In this document: piece after piece, positions 16,718 to 25,577 of the stretch
Numbering within the stretch: the first letter of the stretch is position 1
Layout: the number at the start of each line of letters is the position of its first letter
NCBI GenBank assembly: GCA_947589555.1
Contig: CANQAZ010000001.1
Location: 1-62,120 of the forward strand
Length of the DNA: 62,120 nt
Source of the DNA: an uncultured Clostridia bacterium
GTDB taxonomy: Bacteria; Bacillota; Clostridia; Christensenellales; Borkfalkiaceae
Direction: 5' to 3'
Translations under genes and position numbers: made by a program
The notes under the pieces: model-generated
Seen by the model: the letters and a program-made list of their open reading frames with translations, nothing else
Database searches by the model: none
Told to the model about the DNA's origin: nothing

Positions 16718-19030
16718 GTGCAGGTCTATGTCGCCGAAAACTGCGGCTTTTGCGCGGGCGTGAAGCGCGCCGTGGATACCGCGCTCTCCGTCCCGCCCGA
16801 AAACACTTATGTGCTCGGCGAACTCATCCACAACGGGGAAGTCGTCCGGCGGATCGCCGCGCGCGGCATCGTCACCGTGTCGTCTGCGGAGGAGGTGCCG
16901 GCGGGCGCCTCGCTCATCATCCGCTCGCACGGCGCGGGGAAGGCCGTCTACGAGGTCTGCGCGGCGAAGGGCATCCGCGTCATCGATTGCACCTGCCCCT
17001 ACGTGGCGCGCACCCAGCGCATCGTGGAGGCGGCTTATGCGGCGGGCAAAACCATCGTCGTCGCAGGGCAGAAGGACCACCCCGAGGTCGAAGGCCTCAT
17101 CGGGCGGTGTGGGGGCGAGGCCTTCGTGTTTGCCGACGGGAAGGAAGATTTCGGGCCTTTGGCGGAAAAAAATGTGGTTTTGGTGTCTCAAACCACCTTT
17201 TCGGAGCAGAAATTTTCCGAAATTGTCCAAAATCTTCAAAAAGTTGGCCCCAAAACAGTTGAGATTTTCAAGACAATTTGTTATACTACTATCGATAGAC
17301 AGAGGGAAGCCGGGCGTTTGTCGGCGTTGTGCGATGCGGTTGTGGTCATCGGCGGCGCGAACAGCAGTAACACGGAAAAACTCTGCGAGGTCGTCTCCGC
17401 GCACGGAAAGCAGATCATCCGTGTGACGGGCGCCGGCGGCTTCGAATATGAAAAGATAAAAAATTTTGGAAGGGTCGGCGTGATAGCGGGAGCGAGCACT
17501 CCCGATTGGCAGACTCAGGAGGTTCTTTCAAAGATGGCAGAAAACAACGCGGAAGTACAAGAGACGGTGCAGGCCGAAGAGGCGGTGCAGGCAGAAGAGA
17601 CGGTCGGGGAAGTTCTTCCCGCGGCTCCCGCTGACATAGCGGAGCCCGTCACCGAAGGGGAGACGGCGGCAGAGGCGGCACAGCCCGCGGCCGAACCCGT
17701 TTCCGAAGCGCCCGAAGCGCCCGAAGCGCCTGCAACAGCCGAAGCGCCTGCGGCTCCCAAGTCCGCTATGGAGCAACTCATGGAAGCGGACGAGACGCAA
17801 CCGTACCGGAAGGGCTCGGTGATCAAGGTCACCATCGTCCATGCGGACGACGACAAGATCTTCGTTTCGAGCGACGGCAAGACGGAAAACGTCATCGAGA
17901 AGCAGGATCTTGATTGCGAAGAGTACAGCCGCGAACTTTACAAGGCGAGAGAGGGCGAGGAGATCGAAGTGTACGTCACGGAGGTCAAGCCGAAGGTAGT
18001 CCTCTCGGAAAAGGCGATGCGCACCCTCAAAGAGGAAGCGGCCGAACTTGCCGCGATCGCGGACGGCGCGGAATTCAGCGTCGTATGCACGGGGTCCAAC
18101 AAGGGCGGTCTCACGGCGCAATTCCATTCCTATCCCGTTTTCGTTCCCGCCAGCGAGATCCGTTCGGGTTACGTGCGCGATTTCGATAGATACATCGGCA
18201 AAAAGTTGCGTCTCAAAGTCAAGAAGCCCGAAGATATCCGCAGAACGGGCAGAAAGGAGATCGTCGCATCCCAGCGCGTCATCCTCGAAGCGGAGCAGGC
18301 GGAGCGCGATGCGGCTAAGGCGGCAAAGGAAGCGGCCTTCTTCGGTTCCATCCGCGAAGGCGACGTCGTAGAGGGCAAGGTGGAGCGCGTCACGACCTTC
18401 GGCGCCTTCGTCTCGGTCAACGGATTCGATTGCCTCGCCCACATCTCCGACCTTTCGTGGACGGGCGTCAAGCAGGTCACCGACGTTTTGGAGATCGGCA
18501 AGCGCTATCAGTTCAAGGTATTGAAGGTCGATGCGGAAAATAAAAAGGTTTCCATCGGCTACAAGCAGTTGCAACCCCAGCCGTGGGATCTCGCGGCGGA
18601 AAAATATGCCGAAGGGCAGGTCGTGCACGGCAAAGTGGTGCGCATCGTCCCGTTCGGCGCTTTTGTGGAAATCGAAAAGGGCATCGACGGCCTCGTACAC
18701 ATCTCCCAGATCACTCACGAATGGCTCGAAAATCCGACCTCCGTGCTCAAAATCGGGGAAGAGGTCGATGCGCAGATCATCGCCTTCGATCCCGAAAAGA
18801 GAAGGATCACCCTCTCCATCAAGGCGTTGCAGCCCCGTCCCGAATACGAGCCGCGCGAACGCGAACCCCGCCGCGACCGTGAAGAGGGCGGCAAACCGTC
18901 CCGCCAGCGCAAGGGCGGCCGCCGCACGGCTGAGCCCGAGGGCGAAGAGGAGTACAGGGAGTGGAAGGACGAAGGTTACAGCGGCGCCTCCATCTCCGAA
19001 CTTCTCGGCGGCAACGACGACGAGAAATAA
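16718..19030 (+). CDS. ispH: Bifunctional 4-hydroxy-3-methylbut-2-enyl diphosphate reductase (IspH/LytB) / ribosomal protein S1-domain protein
   Basis: The N-terminal ~280 aa are IspH (GFCAGVKRAV, IHNGEVV, HPEVEGL, SSNTEKL). An Ala/Pro/Glu-rich linker follows, then repeated S1 domains (GDVVEGKVERVTTFGAFVSV, GQVVHGKVVRIVPFGAFVEI). Confidence 0.9.
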   Translation: MQVYVAENCGFCAGVKRAVDTALSVPPENTYVLGELIHNGEVVRRIAARGIVTVSSAEEVPAGASLIIRSHGAGKAVYEVCAAKGIRVIDCTCPYVARTQRIVEAAYAAGKTIVVAGQKDHPEVEGLIGRCGGEAFVFADGKEDFGPLAEKNVVLVSQTTFSEQKFSEIVQNLQKVGPKTVEIFKTICYTTIDRQREAGRLSALCDAVVVIGGANSSNTEKLCEVVSAHGKQIIRVTGAGGFEYEKIKNFGRVGVIAGASTPDWQTQEVLSKMAENNAEVQETVQAEEAVQAEETVGEVLPAAPADIAEPVTEGETAAEAAQPAAEPVSEAPEAPEAPATAEAPAAPKSAMEQLMEADETQPYRKGSVIKVTIVHADDDKIFVSSDGKTENVIEKQDLDCEEYSRELYKAREGEEIEVYVTEVKPKVVLSEKAMRTLKEEAAELAAIADGAEFSVVCTGSNKGGLTAQFHSYPVFVPASEIRSGYVRDFDRYIGKKLRLKVKKPEDIRRTGRKEIVASQRVILEAEQAERDAAKAAKEAAFFGSIREGDVVEGKVERVTTFGAFVSVNGFDCLAHISDLSWTGVKQVTDVLEIGKRYQFKVLKVDAENKKVSIGYKQLQPQPWDLAAEKYAEGQVVHGKVVRIVPFGAFVEIEKGIDGLVHISQITHEWLENPTSVLKIGEEVDAQIIAFDPEKRRITLSIKALQPRPEYEPREREPRRDREEGGKPSRQRKGGRRTAEPEGEEEYREWKDEGYSGASISELLGGNDDEK

Positions 19031-19055
19031 TCGGGCCATCAACCCTTCAAAACAC

Positions 19056-19086
19056 AAAAAATCCGTTTCGCGACGGATTTTTTTGT
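19056..19086 (+). terminator. Rho-independent terminator after ispH-S1
   Basis: AAAAAATCCGT-TTCGCG-ACGGATTTTTTT. Confidence 0.8.
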
Positions 19087-19129
19087 TTATATTAAATCCG
19101 AACAAGCAAAGCGAAAGGAGCGTTACGGT

Positions 19130-20938
19130 ATGGAAAAACAAGGCAATATCAAGATCGCAAGCGAAAACATGATGCCCATTATCAAAAAGTGGCTCTATTC
19201 GGAGAAGGACATCTTCCTCCGCGAGATCGTCGCCAACGCCGTCGACGCCATCACCAAGCACAAGAAGTTGGTCGGGCTGGGCGAGGCGGAGGCCGAAGAA
19301 AATTACCGCGTGGACGTACGCACGGATGAAAAGGCGGGCACGCTGACGGTCGAAGACAACGGCGTCGGCATGAGCGAGGAGGAGGTGGAAAAGTACATCA
19401 CCCAAATCGCCTTTTCGGGCGCGGCCGATTTCGTCGCCAAGTACGAAAAAGCGGATGGCGACGGCATCATCGGGCATTTCGGGCTGGGTTTTTACTCCGC
19501 CTACATGGTCTCCTCCGATATCGAGATCTTCACCAAGTCCTATCGCGGGGATGCGCCCGCGGTCCGCTGGGAATCGGACGGCAACAGCGCCTATACCATC
19601 GGCGACTGCGAAAAACCCGGCCGCGGCACCAAAATCGTCATGCACATCGCGCCGGAGGAGAAGGAATTTTTGAAGGAGAGCGCCATCCGCGCCCTTCTCC
19701 GCAAGTACTGCTCCTTCATGCCCTATCCCATCTACCTCAACGCAACGGGAAAGGAGGATAAACCGGTCAACACGACGGAGCCGCTGTACGACAGACAACC
19801 TAAGGACTGCACGGAGGAGGAATACAAGACCTTCTACCGCGAAACCTTCGCCGATTTCAACGAACCTCTCTTCTGGATCCACCTCAACATGGAGTATCCC
19901 TTCCGCCTCAAAGGCATTCTCTACTTCCCTAAGGTAAAAAAGCAGGTGGAACTCGAACGGGGAGAGGTCAAACTGTACTGCAACCGGGTGTACATCGCCG
20001 ACAACATCAAAGAGGTCATCCCCGAATTTCTGATGCTCCTCAACGGCGTCATCGATTGCCCCGATATCCCGCTCAACGTCTCCCGTTCCTTCCTGCAAAA
20101 CGATAAGGAAGTGCAAAAGATCGCCAAGCACATCACCAAGAAGGTGGCGGATAAACTCACCGAACTATATAAAAAGGATAGGGCGAAGTACGAGGCGTGC
20201 TGGACGGATATCTCCACCTTCGTCAAATTCGGGTGCATCAAGAACGACGATTTCTACCAGAAGATCAAGGATATCATCATCTACAAGGATCTGAACGGGG
20301 AATACCGTCCGCTCAGCGGCTTTTTCGGCGAGGAAGTCTCCGAGGAGGAGGCCAAAAACGGCAAGGAGCCGCAGGCGGTGTACTATGTTTCGGATGAAAG
20401 CAAGCAGGCGCAGTACATCTCCATGTTCAAGGAGGCGGGTCTCAACGCCGTGGTGTGCGATACCTTCATCGATCCCCACTTCATCAGTTATATCGAGTAT
20501 AAAAATCCCGCGCGCGTCCGCTTTTTGCGCATCGACGCCGACGTCGACGGCGCCCTCAAAGAGGAGGGGGAGGAGGACAAGGAGATCGCCGGGATCTTCC
20601 GCGAGGTCCTCGCGGGCAAGGCGGTCAAGGTCAGAACGGAGAAGTTGAAAAACGGGGAGATCCCCGCCGTCGTCAACGTCGCCGAATTTACGCGGCGGAT
20701 GTCGGAGATGAACGAGTTTTACCGCATGGGCGAGGGCGACCTCGAAACGACGCTCATCGTCAACACGGCGAGCGCGGCGGTGGAGGCCCTGCGCGGGGCG
20801 GACGAAGAGGGGCGCAAGCGGGTGGTGGAACAGATCTACTACACCGCGCTCATGAACTACCGCACCCTCACGCCCGAGGAACTTTCGGCCTTCACCAAAA
20901 ACAACGCGGCGCTCATTGAAAAATATTTGCGGAAATAA
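19130..20938 (+). CDS. htpG: Molecular chaperone HtpG (Hsp90)
   Basis: 602 aa with LYSEKDIFLREIVANAVDA, DNGVGMS and GHFGLGFYSAYMV, the GHKL ATPase motifs of Hsp90. Confidence 0.95.
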   Translation: MEKQGNIKIASENMMPIIKKWLYSEKDIFLREIVANAVDAITKHKKLVGLGEAEAEENYRVDVRTDEKAGTLTVEDNGVGMSEEEVEKYITQIAFSGAADFVAKYEKADGDGIIGHFGLGFYSAYMVSSDIEIFTKSYRGDAPAVRWESDGNSAYTIGDCEKPGRGTKIVMHIAPEEKEFLKESAIRALLRKYCSFMPYPIYLNATGKEDKPVNTTEPLYDRQPKDCTEEEYKTFYRETFADFNEPLFWIHLNMEYPFRLKGILYFPKVKKQVELERGEVKLYCNRVYIADNIKEVIPEFLMLLNGVIDCPDIPLNVSRSFLQNDKEVQKIAKHITKKVADKLTELYKKDRAKYEACWTDISTFVKFGCIKNDDFYQKIKDIIIYKDLNGEYRPLSGFFGEEVSEEEAKNGKEPQAVYYVSDESKQAQYISMFKEAGLNAVVCDTFIDPHFISYIEYKNPARVRFLRIDADVDGALKEEGEEDKEIAGIFREVLAGKAVKVRTEKLKNGEIPAVVNVAEFTRRMSEMNEFYRMGEGDLETTLIVNTASAAVEALRGADEEGRKRVVEQIYYTALMNYRTLTPEELSAFTKNNAALIEKYLRK

Positions 20939-20961
20939 GAAAAATATTTTAAGGTTTTGTA

Positions 20962-20990
20962 TTGACAACGCCGCGATCCGTTGTTATAAT
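20962..20990 (+). promoter_or_regulatory. Promoter TTGACA-N17-TATAAT of the cold-shock gene
   Basis: TTGACA at 20962-20967 and TATAAT at 20985-20990, with a ~55-nt leader typical of csp genes. Confidence 0.7.
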
Positions 20991-21049
20991 GTTAGGTAGT
21001 GTCAAAAATGTGAACTGTTCGCATTTGTAGGCAGATAGGAGGTATTATT

Positions 21050-21262
21050 GTGAACGGAACAGTCAAGTGGTTCAATGACGGTAAGGGGTATGGCTTCATC
21101 TCCAACGATGAAGGCGGCGACGATGTGTTCGTGCATTTCTCCGCCATTCAGACGGAAGGCTTCCGCACCTTGAAAGAGGGGCAGAAGGTCACGTTTGAAA
21201 CGGAGCCCGACCCTAAGGACAGCGGCAAACTCCGCGCCGTCAACGTTGTGCCCCTTTCGTAA
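21050..21262 (+). CDS. Cold-shock protein (CspA family)
   Basis: [16 protein letters not shown]...DVFVHFSAI carries the RNP1/RNP2 motifs. GTG start with a GGAGG RBS. Confidence 0.93.
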   Translation: MNGTVKWFNDGKGYGFISNDEGGDDVFVHFSAIQTEGFRTLKEGQKVTFETEPDPKDSGKLRAVNVVPLS

Positions 21263-21278
21263 AAGAGGAACAAACCGA

Positions 21279-21306
21279 AAAACGCGCCACGGCGCGTTTT
21301 TTCTTT
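21279..21306 (+). terminator. Rho-independent terminator after csp
   Basis: AAAAACGCGCC-AC-GGCGCGTTTTTT. Confidence 0.8.
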
Positions 21307-21340
21307 TACAAAAAACCGTCCGCTTGCGCGGACGGCGGGT
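21307..21340 (-). terminator. Rho-independent terminator after spoVG
   Basis: On the minus strand: CCGTCCGC-GCAA-GCGGACGG followed by TTTTTT. Confidence 0.75.
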
Positions 21341-21348
21341 TATGCGAT

Positions 21349-21621
21349 TCAGTTGTCCGCTCTGTTGCGGAATTCGGCGTATTTTTCAAGGATCAGGTTT
21401 TGCAACATCTCTCTCGTCTCGGTGTTGAGGGGGTGCGCAACGTCCTTAAAGGTACCGTCGGGTGTTTTCCTGCTGGGCATCGCAATGAAATAGGCTCCGT
21501 CGCGCTCGAAAATTTTGATATCGTGCACCACAAAGCAATTGTCGATCGTGATAGACGCAACGGCGCGCAATTTGCCGTCGGTGTTGCGGACTTCACGGAT
21601 ACGCACATCACCAATTTCCAT
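21349..21621 (-). CDS. spoVG: Septation protein SpoVG
   Basis: [66 protein letters not shown] is a highly typical SpoVG sequence. Confidence 0.95.
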   Translation of the reverse strand: MEIGDVRIREVRNTDGKLRAVASITIDNCFVVHDIKIFERDGAYFIAMPSRKTPDGTFKDVAHPLNTETREMLQNLILEKYAEFRNRADN

Positions 21622-21755
21622 CTCTTTCCTCCTATATACATTTTCCTGTTCATTATATTATCACATTCTCCTATAAATTTCAATATCTTTTTGCAAATTT
21701 TTGAAACAAATTCCGAAATTTTCACAATTCGGGCCGCCGCGGCGTACGATGGAGT

Positions 21756-23093
21756 ATGATTTCGGAGCGAGACGGGGCGGAAGAGGGCTATTATTTCATC
21801 GGCGTCGGCGGGGTGAGCATGAGCGCGCTCGCCCTTCTTCTCAAAGACCGCGGCGCGCGGGTGCGGGGTTGCGACGATGCGGAAAGCGACATGACGCGCA
21901 AACTTTCGGCCTGCGGCATTCCCGTCCATATCGGCGGAGGGGAAAAGATCGCGGAGGGGACCGTCGTCTACACGGGGGCGATCGGGGAGGAGGACGCCCG
22001 TCTCAAAGGGGCGCGCGCGGCGGGCAAGCGCGTCCTTCCCCGCGCGCAATTGCTCGGCATGGTCGCATCCGCCTTTCCGCATGTCCTGTCCGTCGCGGGT
22101 TGCCACGGAAAGACGACGACGGCGGCCATGCTCGCGCACATCTTTTGGGCGGGCGGCCGCCCCTTTACATCTCACATCGGGGGCGAGGACCTCACCCTCG
22201 GCAACTATGCCTGTACGGGGCGGGAGTACTTCCTCACCGAGGCGTGCGAATTCCGGCGCAGTTTTCTCTCCCTGCACAGCGAGGTCGCCGTCATCCTCAA
22301 CTGCGACAGGGACCACACCGATTGCTACGCCTCGCAGGAGGAACTCACCGAGGCCTACCGCGCGTTCGCCTCACAGGCGGAGCGCACCGTCGTCAATTCC
22401 GACGATATCCGCGCGCGGAGCATCCCGCACGCCCTCTCCTTCGGGCTCTATTCGGGGGAGGTGCGCGCCGAAGATCTCCGTTCGGCGGGGGAAAAGTATT
22501 CGTTCACGGTCGCCGAGCGGGGGATCCCCGTCGTGCGGGTGAAGTTGGGCGTCGTCGGGCGGGTGCACGTCATGAACGCCCTTGCGGCCTACTGCGCGGC
22601 GCGTCTCATGGGCTTCACGGCGGAGGAGGTGAGGCGGGGGCTCGAAAATTTCCGCGGGGTCAAGCGCCGTTTCGAACTCGTTGGTACCCTCGGCGGCGCG
22701 CCCGTCGTGTGCGACTACGCCCATCACCCGCGGGAGATCGCGGCCACCCTCGCGTCGGCCGCGCGGCTGTGCGAGGGGACGGTGCGCGTCGTGTTCCAGC
22801 CCCACACCTACACCCGCACGCGCGACCTCATGGAGGATTTCGTCGGGGCGCTCTCCCGCGCGGAGGAACCCATTATATATAGGACGTACGCGGCGCGCGA
22901 GCCCTTCGATCCGTCCGGGAGCGCCGTCGCGCTCGCGGGCAAGATCGCGGGCGCGGGTTACGAGCAGACGCCCGCCCGCCTCAAAAAGCGGCTCTTGGGG
23001 GAACTTCGCGAGGGGGACATGGTCCTCGCCCTCGGCGCCGGCGACATCTATGACGTCATGCGCTCCATCTCCGCGCCTCCCTCCCGCCCCTGA
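21756..23093 (+). CDS. murC: UDP-N-acetylmuramate--L-alanine ligase
   Basis: YYFIGVGGVSMSALA, GCHGKTTT and the Mur ligase middle and C-terminal domains. Possible TTCACA-N18-TACGAT-N5-ATG leaderless-type start. Confidence 0.9.
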   Translation: MISERDGAEEGYYFIGVGGVSMSALALLLKDRGARVRGCDDAESDMTRKLSACGIPVHIGGGEKIAEGTVVYTGAIGEEDARLKGARAAGKRVLPRAQLLGMVASAFPHVLSVAGCHGKTTTAAMLAHIFWAGGRPFTSHIGGEDLTLGNYACTGREYFLTEACEFRRSFLSLHSEVAVILNCDRDHTDCYASQEELTEAYRAFASQAERTVVNSDDIRARSIPHALSFGLYSGEVRAEDLRSAGEKYSFTVAERGIPVVRVKLGVVGRVHVMNALAAYCAARLMGFTAEEVRRGLENFRGVKRRFELVGTLGGAPVVCDYAHHPREIAATLASAARLCEGTVRVVFQPHTYTRTRDLMEDFVGALSRAEEPIIYRTYAAREPFDPSGSAVALAGKIAGAGYEQTPARLKKRLLGELREGDMVLALGAGDIYDVMRSISAPPSRP

Positions 23094-23162
23094 TCCCGCC
23101 GCTCTTCCTTCCTCCCGCTCCCAAGCCCGCCCTCCCAAGCCCTTCTTCCTCGCGCCTCCAAG

Positions 23163-23201
23163 CCCTCCCCTTCCTTTGGAAGGGGAGGGGCAGGGGTGGG
23201 G
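23163..23201 (+). other. 12-bp perfect hairpin (CCCTCCCCTTCC/GGAAGGGGAGGG) overlapping a four-run G-tract GGGGAGGGGCAGGGGTGGGG
   Basis: Read directly from the sequence. The stem is 23163-23174 / 23178-23189 with loop TTT. The G4-type motif is at 23182-23201 and is preceded by a ~100-nt pyrimidine-rich tract with CTCCCAAGCCC repeats. Confidence 0.7.
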
Positions 23202-23363
23202 ATGGCGCCTCTTTTCCTCGCGTCTCTTTCCCGCTCTACCCACAATAGAATTTTTTCTTTTTCCCCAAAAAACCTTGTCATGTATGCGCATTTTTGCAAA
23301 AAAACGGCGGTACAATACAATTGAGAAGGGAGAAGGGAGCGCATGGCGCGCGTCGGGCATGAA

Positions 23364-23432
23364 AGTCCTCCGGCGTGCCGGGTGCGGCCGCCGCGCAAGC
23401 GGCGGTTGCGCACGGCACGGCGGAGGACTTTT
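23364..23432 (+). other. Long GC-rich imperfect hairpin (~30 bp arms, GCAA loop) followed by TTTT: orphan terminator or structured RNA
   Basis: AGTCCTCCGGCGTGCCGGGTGCGGCCGCCGC-GCAA-GCGGCGGTTGCGCACGGCACGGCGGAGGACT then TTTT. There is no convincing ORF upstream within the 510-nt gap. Confidence 0.5.
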
Positions 23433-23503
23433 AAGGAAGAAATTTTTCAAAAATGGGCGGGCCAAAATTTTTGGAAAAAGGGGCAAAAAATTCAAATTTG
23501 GTA

Positions 23504-23532
23504 TTGAAAGTACGCGCAAAATATAGTATAAT
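23504..23532 (+). promoter_or_regulatory. Promoter TTGAAA-N17-TATAAT of the glycogen operon
   Basis: TTGAAA at 23504-23509 and TATAAT at 23527-23532. The ~70-nt leader ends in an AAGGAG RBS. Confidence 0.65.
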
Positions 23533-23603
23533 ATGATTGTTGTACGGGAGTACGCAAATTCGGATCGCCGCGCGGGGGAAGCGGCCGGCGGAAAGGAGTT
23601 TCT

Positions 23604-25547
23604 ATGCAAAAGACGGCGGACAAGAACGAGAACGAGCGCTACACCGATTTCCCGCTCTATCTGTTCCATCACGGAAAGAACGACAGGATCTACGAAACGT
23701 ACGGCGCGCATCCCGAGGAGCGGGAGGGCGTCCGCGGCTACGTTTTCCGCGTTTGGGCGCCGCACGCAAAGAGCGTCTCCGTCGTCGGCGATTTCAACGG
23801 CTGGAACGACGGCGCCAACGTCATGGAGCGCATGATCGACGGCGAGAGTTTCGAACTCTTCATCGGCGGCCTCAAAGAATACGATATTTACAAATATTGC
23901 ATCGTCGCGCAGGACGGGCGCAAACTGATGAAGGCGGATCCCGTGGGCTTCCACACCGAAACGCCGCCCGCCACCGCCTCCAAACTTTACGACCTCGAAG
24001 GGTACAAGTGGACGGACGGAGCCTACCGCAAAACGCTTGCAAAGCGCGATCCGTTCTCCTCGCCCATGAACATTTACGAAGTCAACCTGCTTTCGTGGAA
24101 GCGCCACGAGGACGGGAATTTCCTTTCCTACCGCGACCTTGCGGAGGAACTCGTGCCCTACGTCAAGGAGATGGGCTACACCCACGTCGAATTTATGCCC
24201 GTGACGGAATATCCCTACGACGGCTCGTGGGGATATCAGGTGACGGGCTATTTTGCGGTCACTTCGCGGCTCGGCACCCCCAAAGATTTTATGTTCCTCG
24301 TGGACGCCTTCCACCGCGCCGGCATCGGCGTCATCGTCGATTGGGTGCCCGCGCATTTTCCGAAGGACGGGCACGGCCTCTACGAATTCGACGGCCAGCC
24401 CCTCTACGAGAGCAGCCAGTGGGACCGGATGGAGCACAAGAGTTGGGGGACCCGCCGCTTCGACTACGGCCGCGCGGAGGTCGTCTCCTTCCTCGTTTCG
24501 GGCGCCTGCTATTTCTTCGATAAATTCCACATCGACGGCCTGCGCGTGGACGCCGTCGCTTCCATGCTCTACCTCGATTACGACAAGCGCCCCGGGGAGT
24601 GGGTGCCCAACATTTACGGCGAGAACAAAAACCTCGAAGCCATCGCCTTTTTGCGCAAACTCAACGAGACGGTGTTCCTGCGCTTCCCGCACGCGCTCAT
24701 GATCGCCGAGGAATCGACGGCGTGGGGGCTCGTGACCAAGCCCGGCTCGGTCGGCGGGCTCGGCTTCAACTTCAAGTGGAACATGGGCTGGATGAACGAC
24801 ATGCTCTCCTACCTCGCCCTCGATCCCTATTTCCGCATGGGGAGCCACAACAAACTGACCTTCTCCATGATGTACGCCTTTTCCGAAAATTACGTGTTGC
24901 CCGTCTCGCACGACGAGGTGGTGTACGGGAAGTGCTCGCTCATCGGCAAGATGCCGGGCGCCTACGAGGAAAAATTTGCGGGCGTGCGCGCCTTCCTCGC
25001 CTACCAGATGGCCCACCCCGGAAAAAAACTCAACTTTATGGGCTATGAATTCGGGCAGTTCAAGGAATGGGACTACCGCGAAGGGCTGGAATTTTTCCTG
25101 CGCGACCGCTACGAGATGCACGGGAAACTTTGGGCGTACGTGAAAGCGCTCAACGAATTTTACGCGGCGACGCCCGCGCTCTACGAAGTGGAGGACAGTT
25201 GGGAGGGATTCGAGTGGATCGCGCCCGACGACGCCGACCGCAACATCGTCGCCTTCATCCGCCGCGACAAACAAGGAGGGGAGGTCATCGCGGTCGTCGG
25301 CTTCTCGGGCGCAGACACGGAGGATTACCGCCTCGGGGTGGACCGCCGCGGAAAATATAAAGTGGTGTTCTGCACCGACGACAAAAAATTCGGCGGGGAC
25401 GGAAAGGTGGGCAAAAAGACGGTTATGGCGGTGCGCCGCCCGAGCCACGGCAGGCCCTATTCCATCCGCATCTCCGTTCCAAAATTCACCGCGCTCTATC
25501 TCGTGCGCGAGCCGGAGAGCGCAAAACCGCAAAAAGAGGAAAATTGA
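23604..25547 (+). CDS. glgB: 1,4-alpha-glucan branching enzyme
   Basis: 647 aa with GH13 motifs (VIVDWVPAHF, IDGLRVDAVASM, IAEESTAW) and typical GlgB N-terminal domains. Confidence 0.95.
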   Translation: MQKTADKNENERYTDFPLYLFHHGKNDRIYETYGAHPEEREGVRGYVFRVWAPHAKSVSVVGDFNGWNDGANVMERMIDGESFELFIGGLKEYDIYKYCIVAQDGRKLMKADPVGFHTETPPATASKLYDLEGYKWTDGAYRKTLAKRDPFSSPMNIYEVNLLSWKRHEDGNFLSYRDLAEELVPYVKEMGYTHVEFMPVTEYPYDGSWGYQVTGYFAVTSRLGTPKDFMFLVDAFHRAGIGVIVDWVPAHFPKDGHGLYEFDGQPLYESSQWDRMEHKSWGTRRFDYGRAEVVSFLVSGACYFFDKFHIDGLRVDAVASMLYLDYDKRPGEWVPNIYGENKNLEAIAFLRKLNETVFLRFPHALMIAEESTAWGLVTKPGSVGGLGFNFKWNMGWMNDMLSYLALDPYFRMGSHNKLTFSMMYAFSENYVLPVSHDEVVYGKCSLIGKMPGAYEEKFAGVRAFLAYQMAHPGKKLNFMGYEFGQFKEWDYREGLEFFLRDRYEMHGKLWAYVKALNEFYAATPALYEVEDSWEGFEWIAPDDADRNIVAFIRRDKQGGEVIAVVGFSGADTEDYRLGVDRRGKYKVVFCTDDKKFGGDGKVGKKTVMAVRRPSHGRPYSIRISVPKFTALYLVREPESAKPQKEEN

Positions 25548-25577
25548 CTTGTTTCCAAACAAGGGGGGTATCTCGGT

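Noticed and set aside
17286-17300. Perfect 10-bp palindrome CTATCGATAG inside ispH, next to TATACTA, considered as a seventh motif copy.
   Set aside because: It shares only ACTAT with the motif and lacks the ATTATG-N5-CATAAT part. It contains a ClaI-like ATCGAT core and is probably coincidental.
23118-23165. CTCCCAAGCCC direct repeats considered as a possible CRISPR or tandem-repeat array.
   Set aside because: There are only two exact copies plus one variant of an 11-mer with 3-13-nt gaps. There is no repeat-spacer periodicity and there are no cas genes. It is better described as a low-complexity pyrimidine tract.
23364-23432. GC-rich hairpin with a GNRA loop considered as SRP (4.5S) RNA helix 8.
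   Set aside because: The stem is almost continuously paired and lacks the conserved symmetric and asymmetric internal loops (AGCA/GGAA context) of SRP RNA domain IV.
22681-23526. ORFs across the murC-glgB gap (22681-23526 plus strand; 23048-23413 minus strand).
   Set aside because: They are Pro/Ser/Arg-rich translations of the pyrimidine tract and the GC hairpin. The first is an alternative frame inside murC. Neither has a start-site signal.
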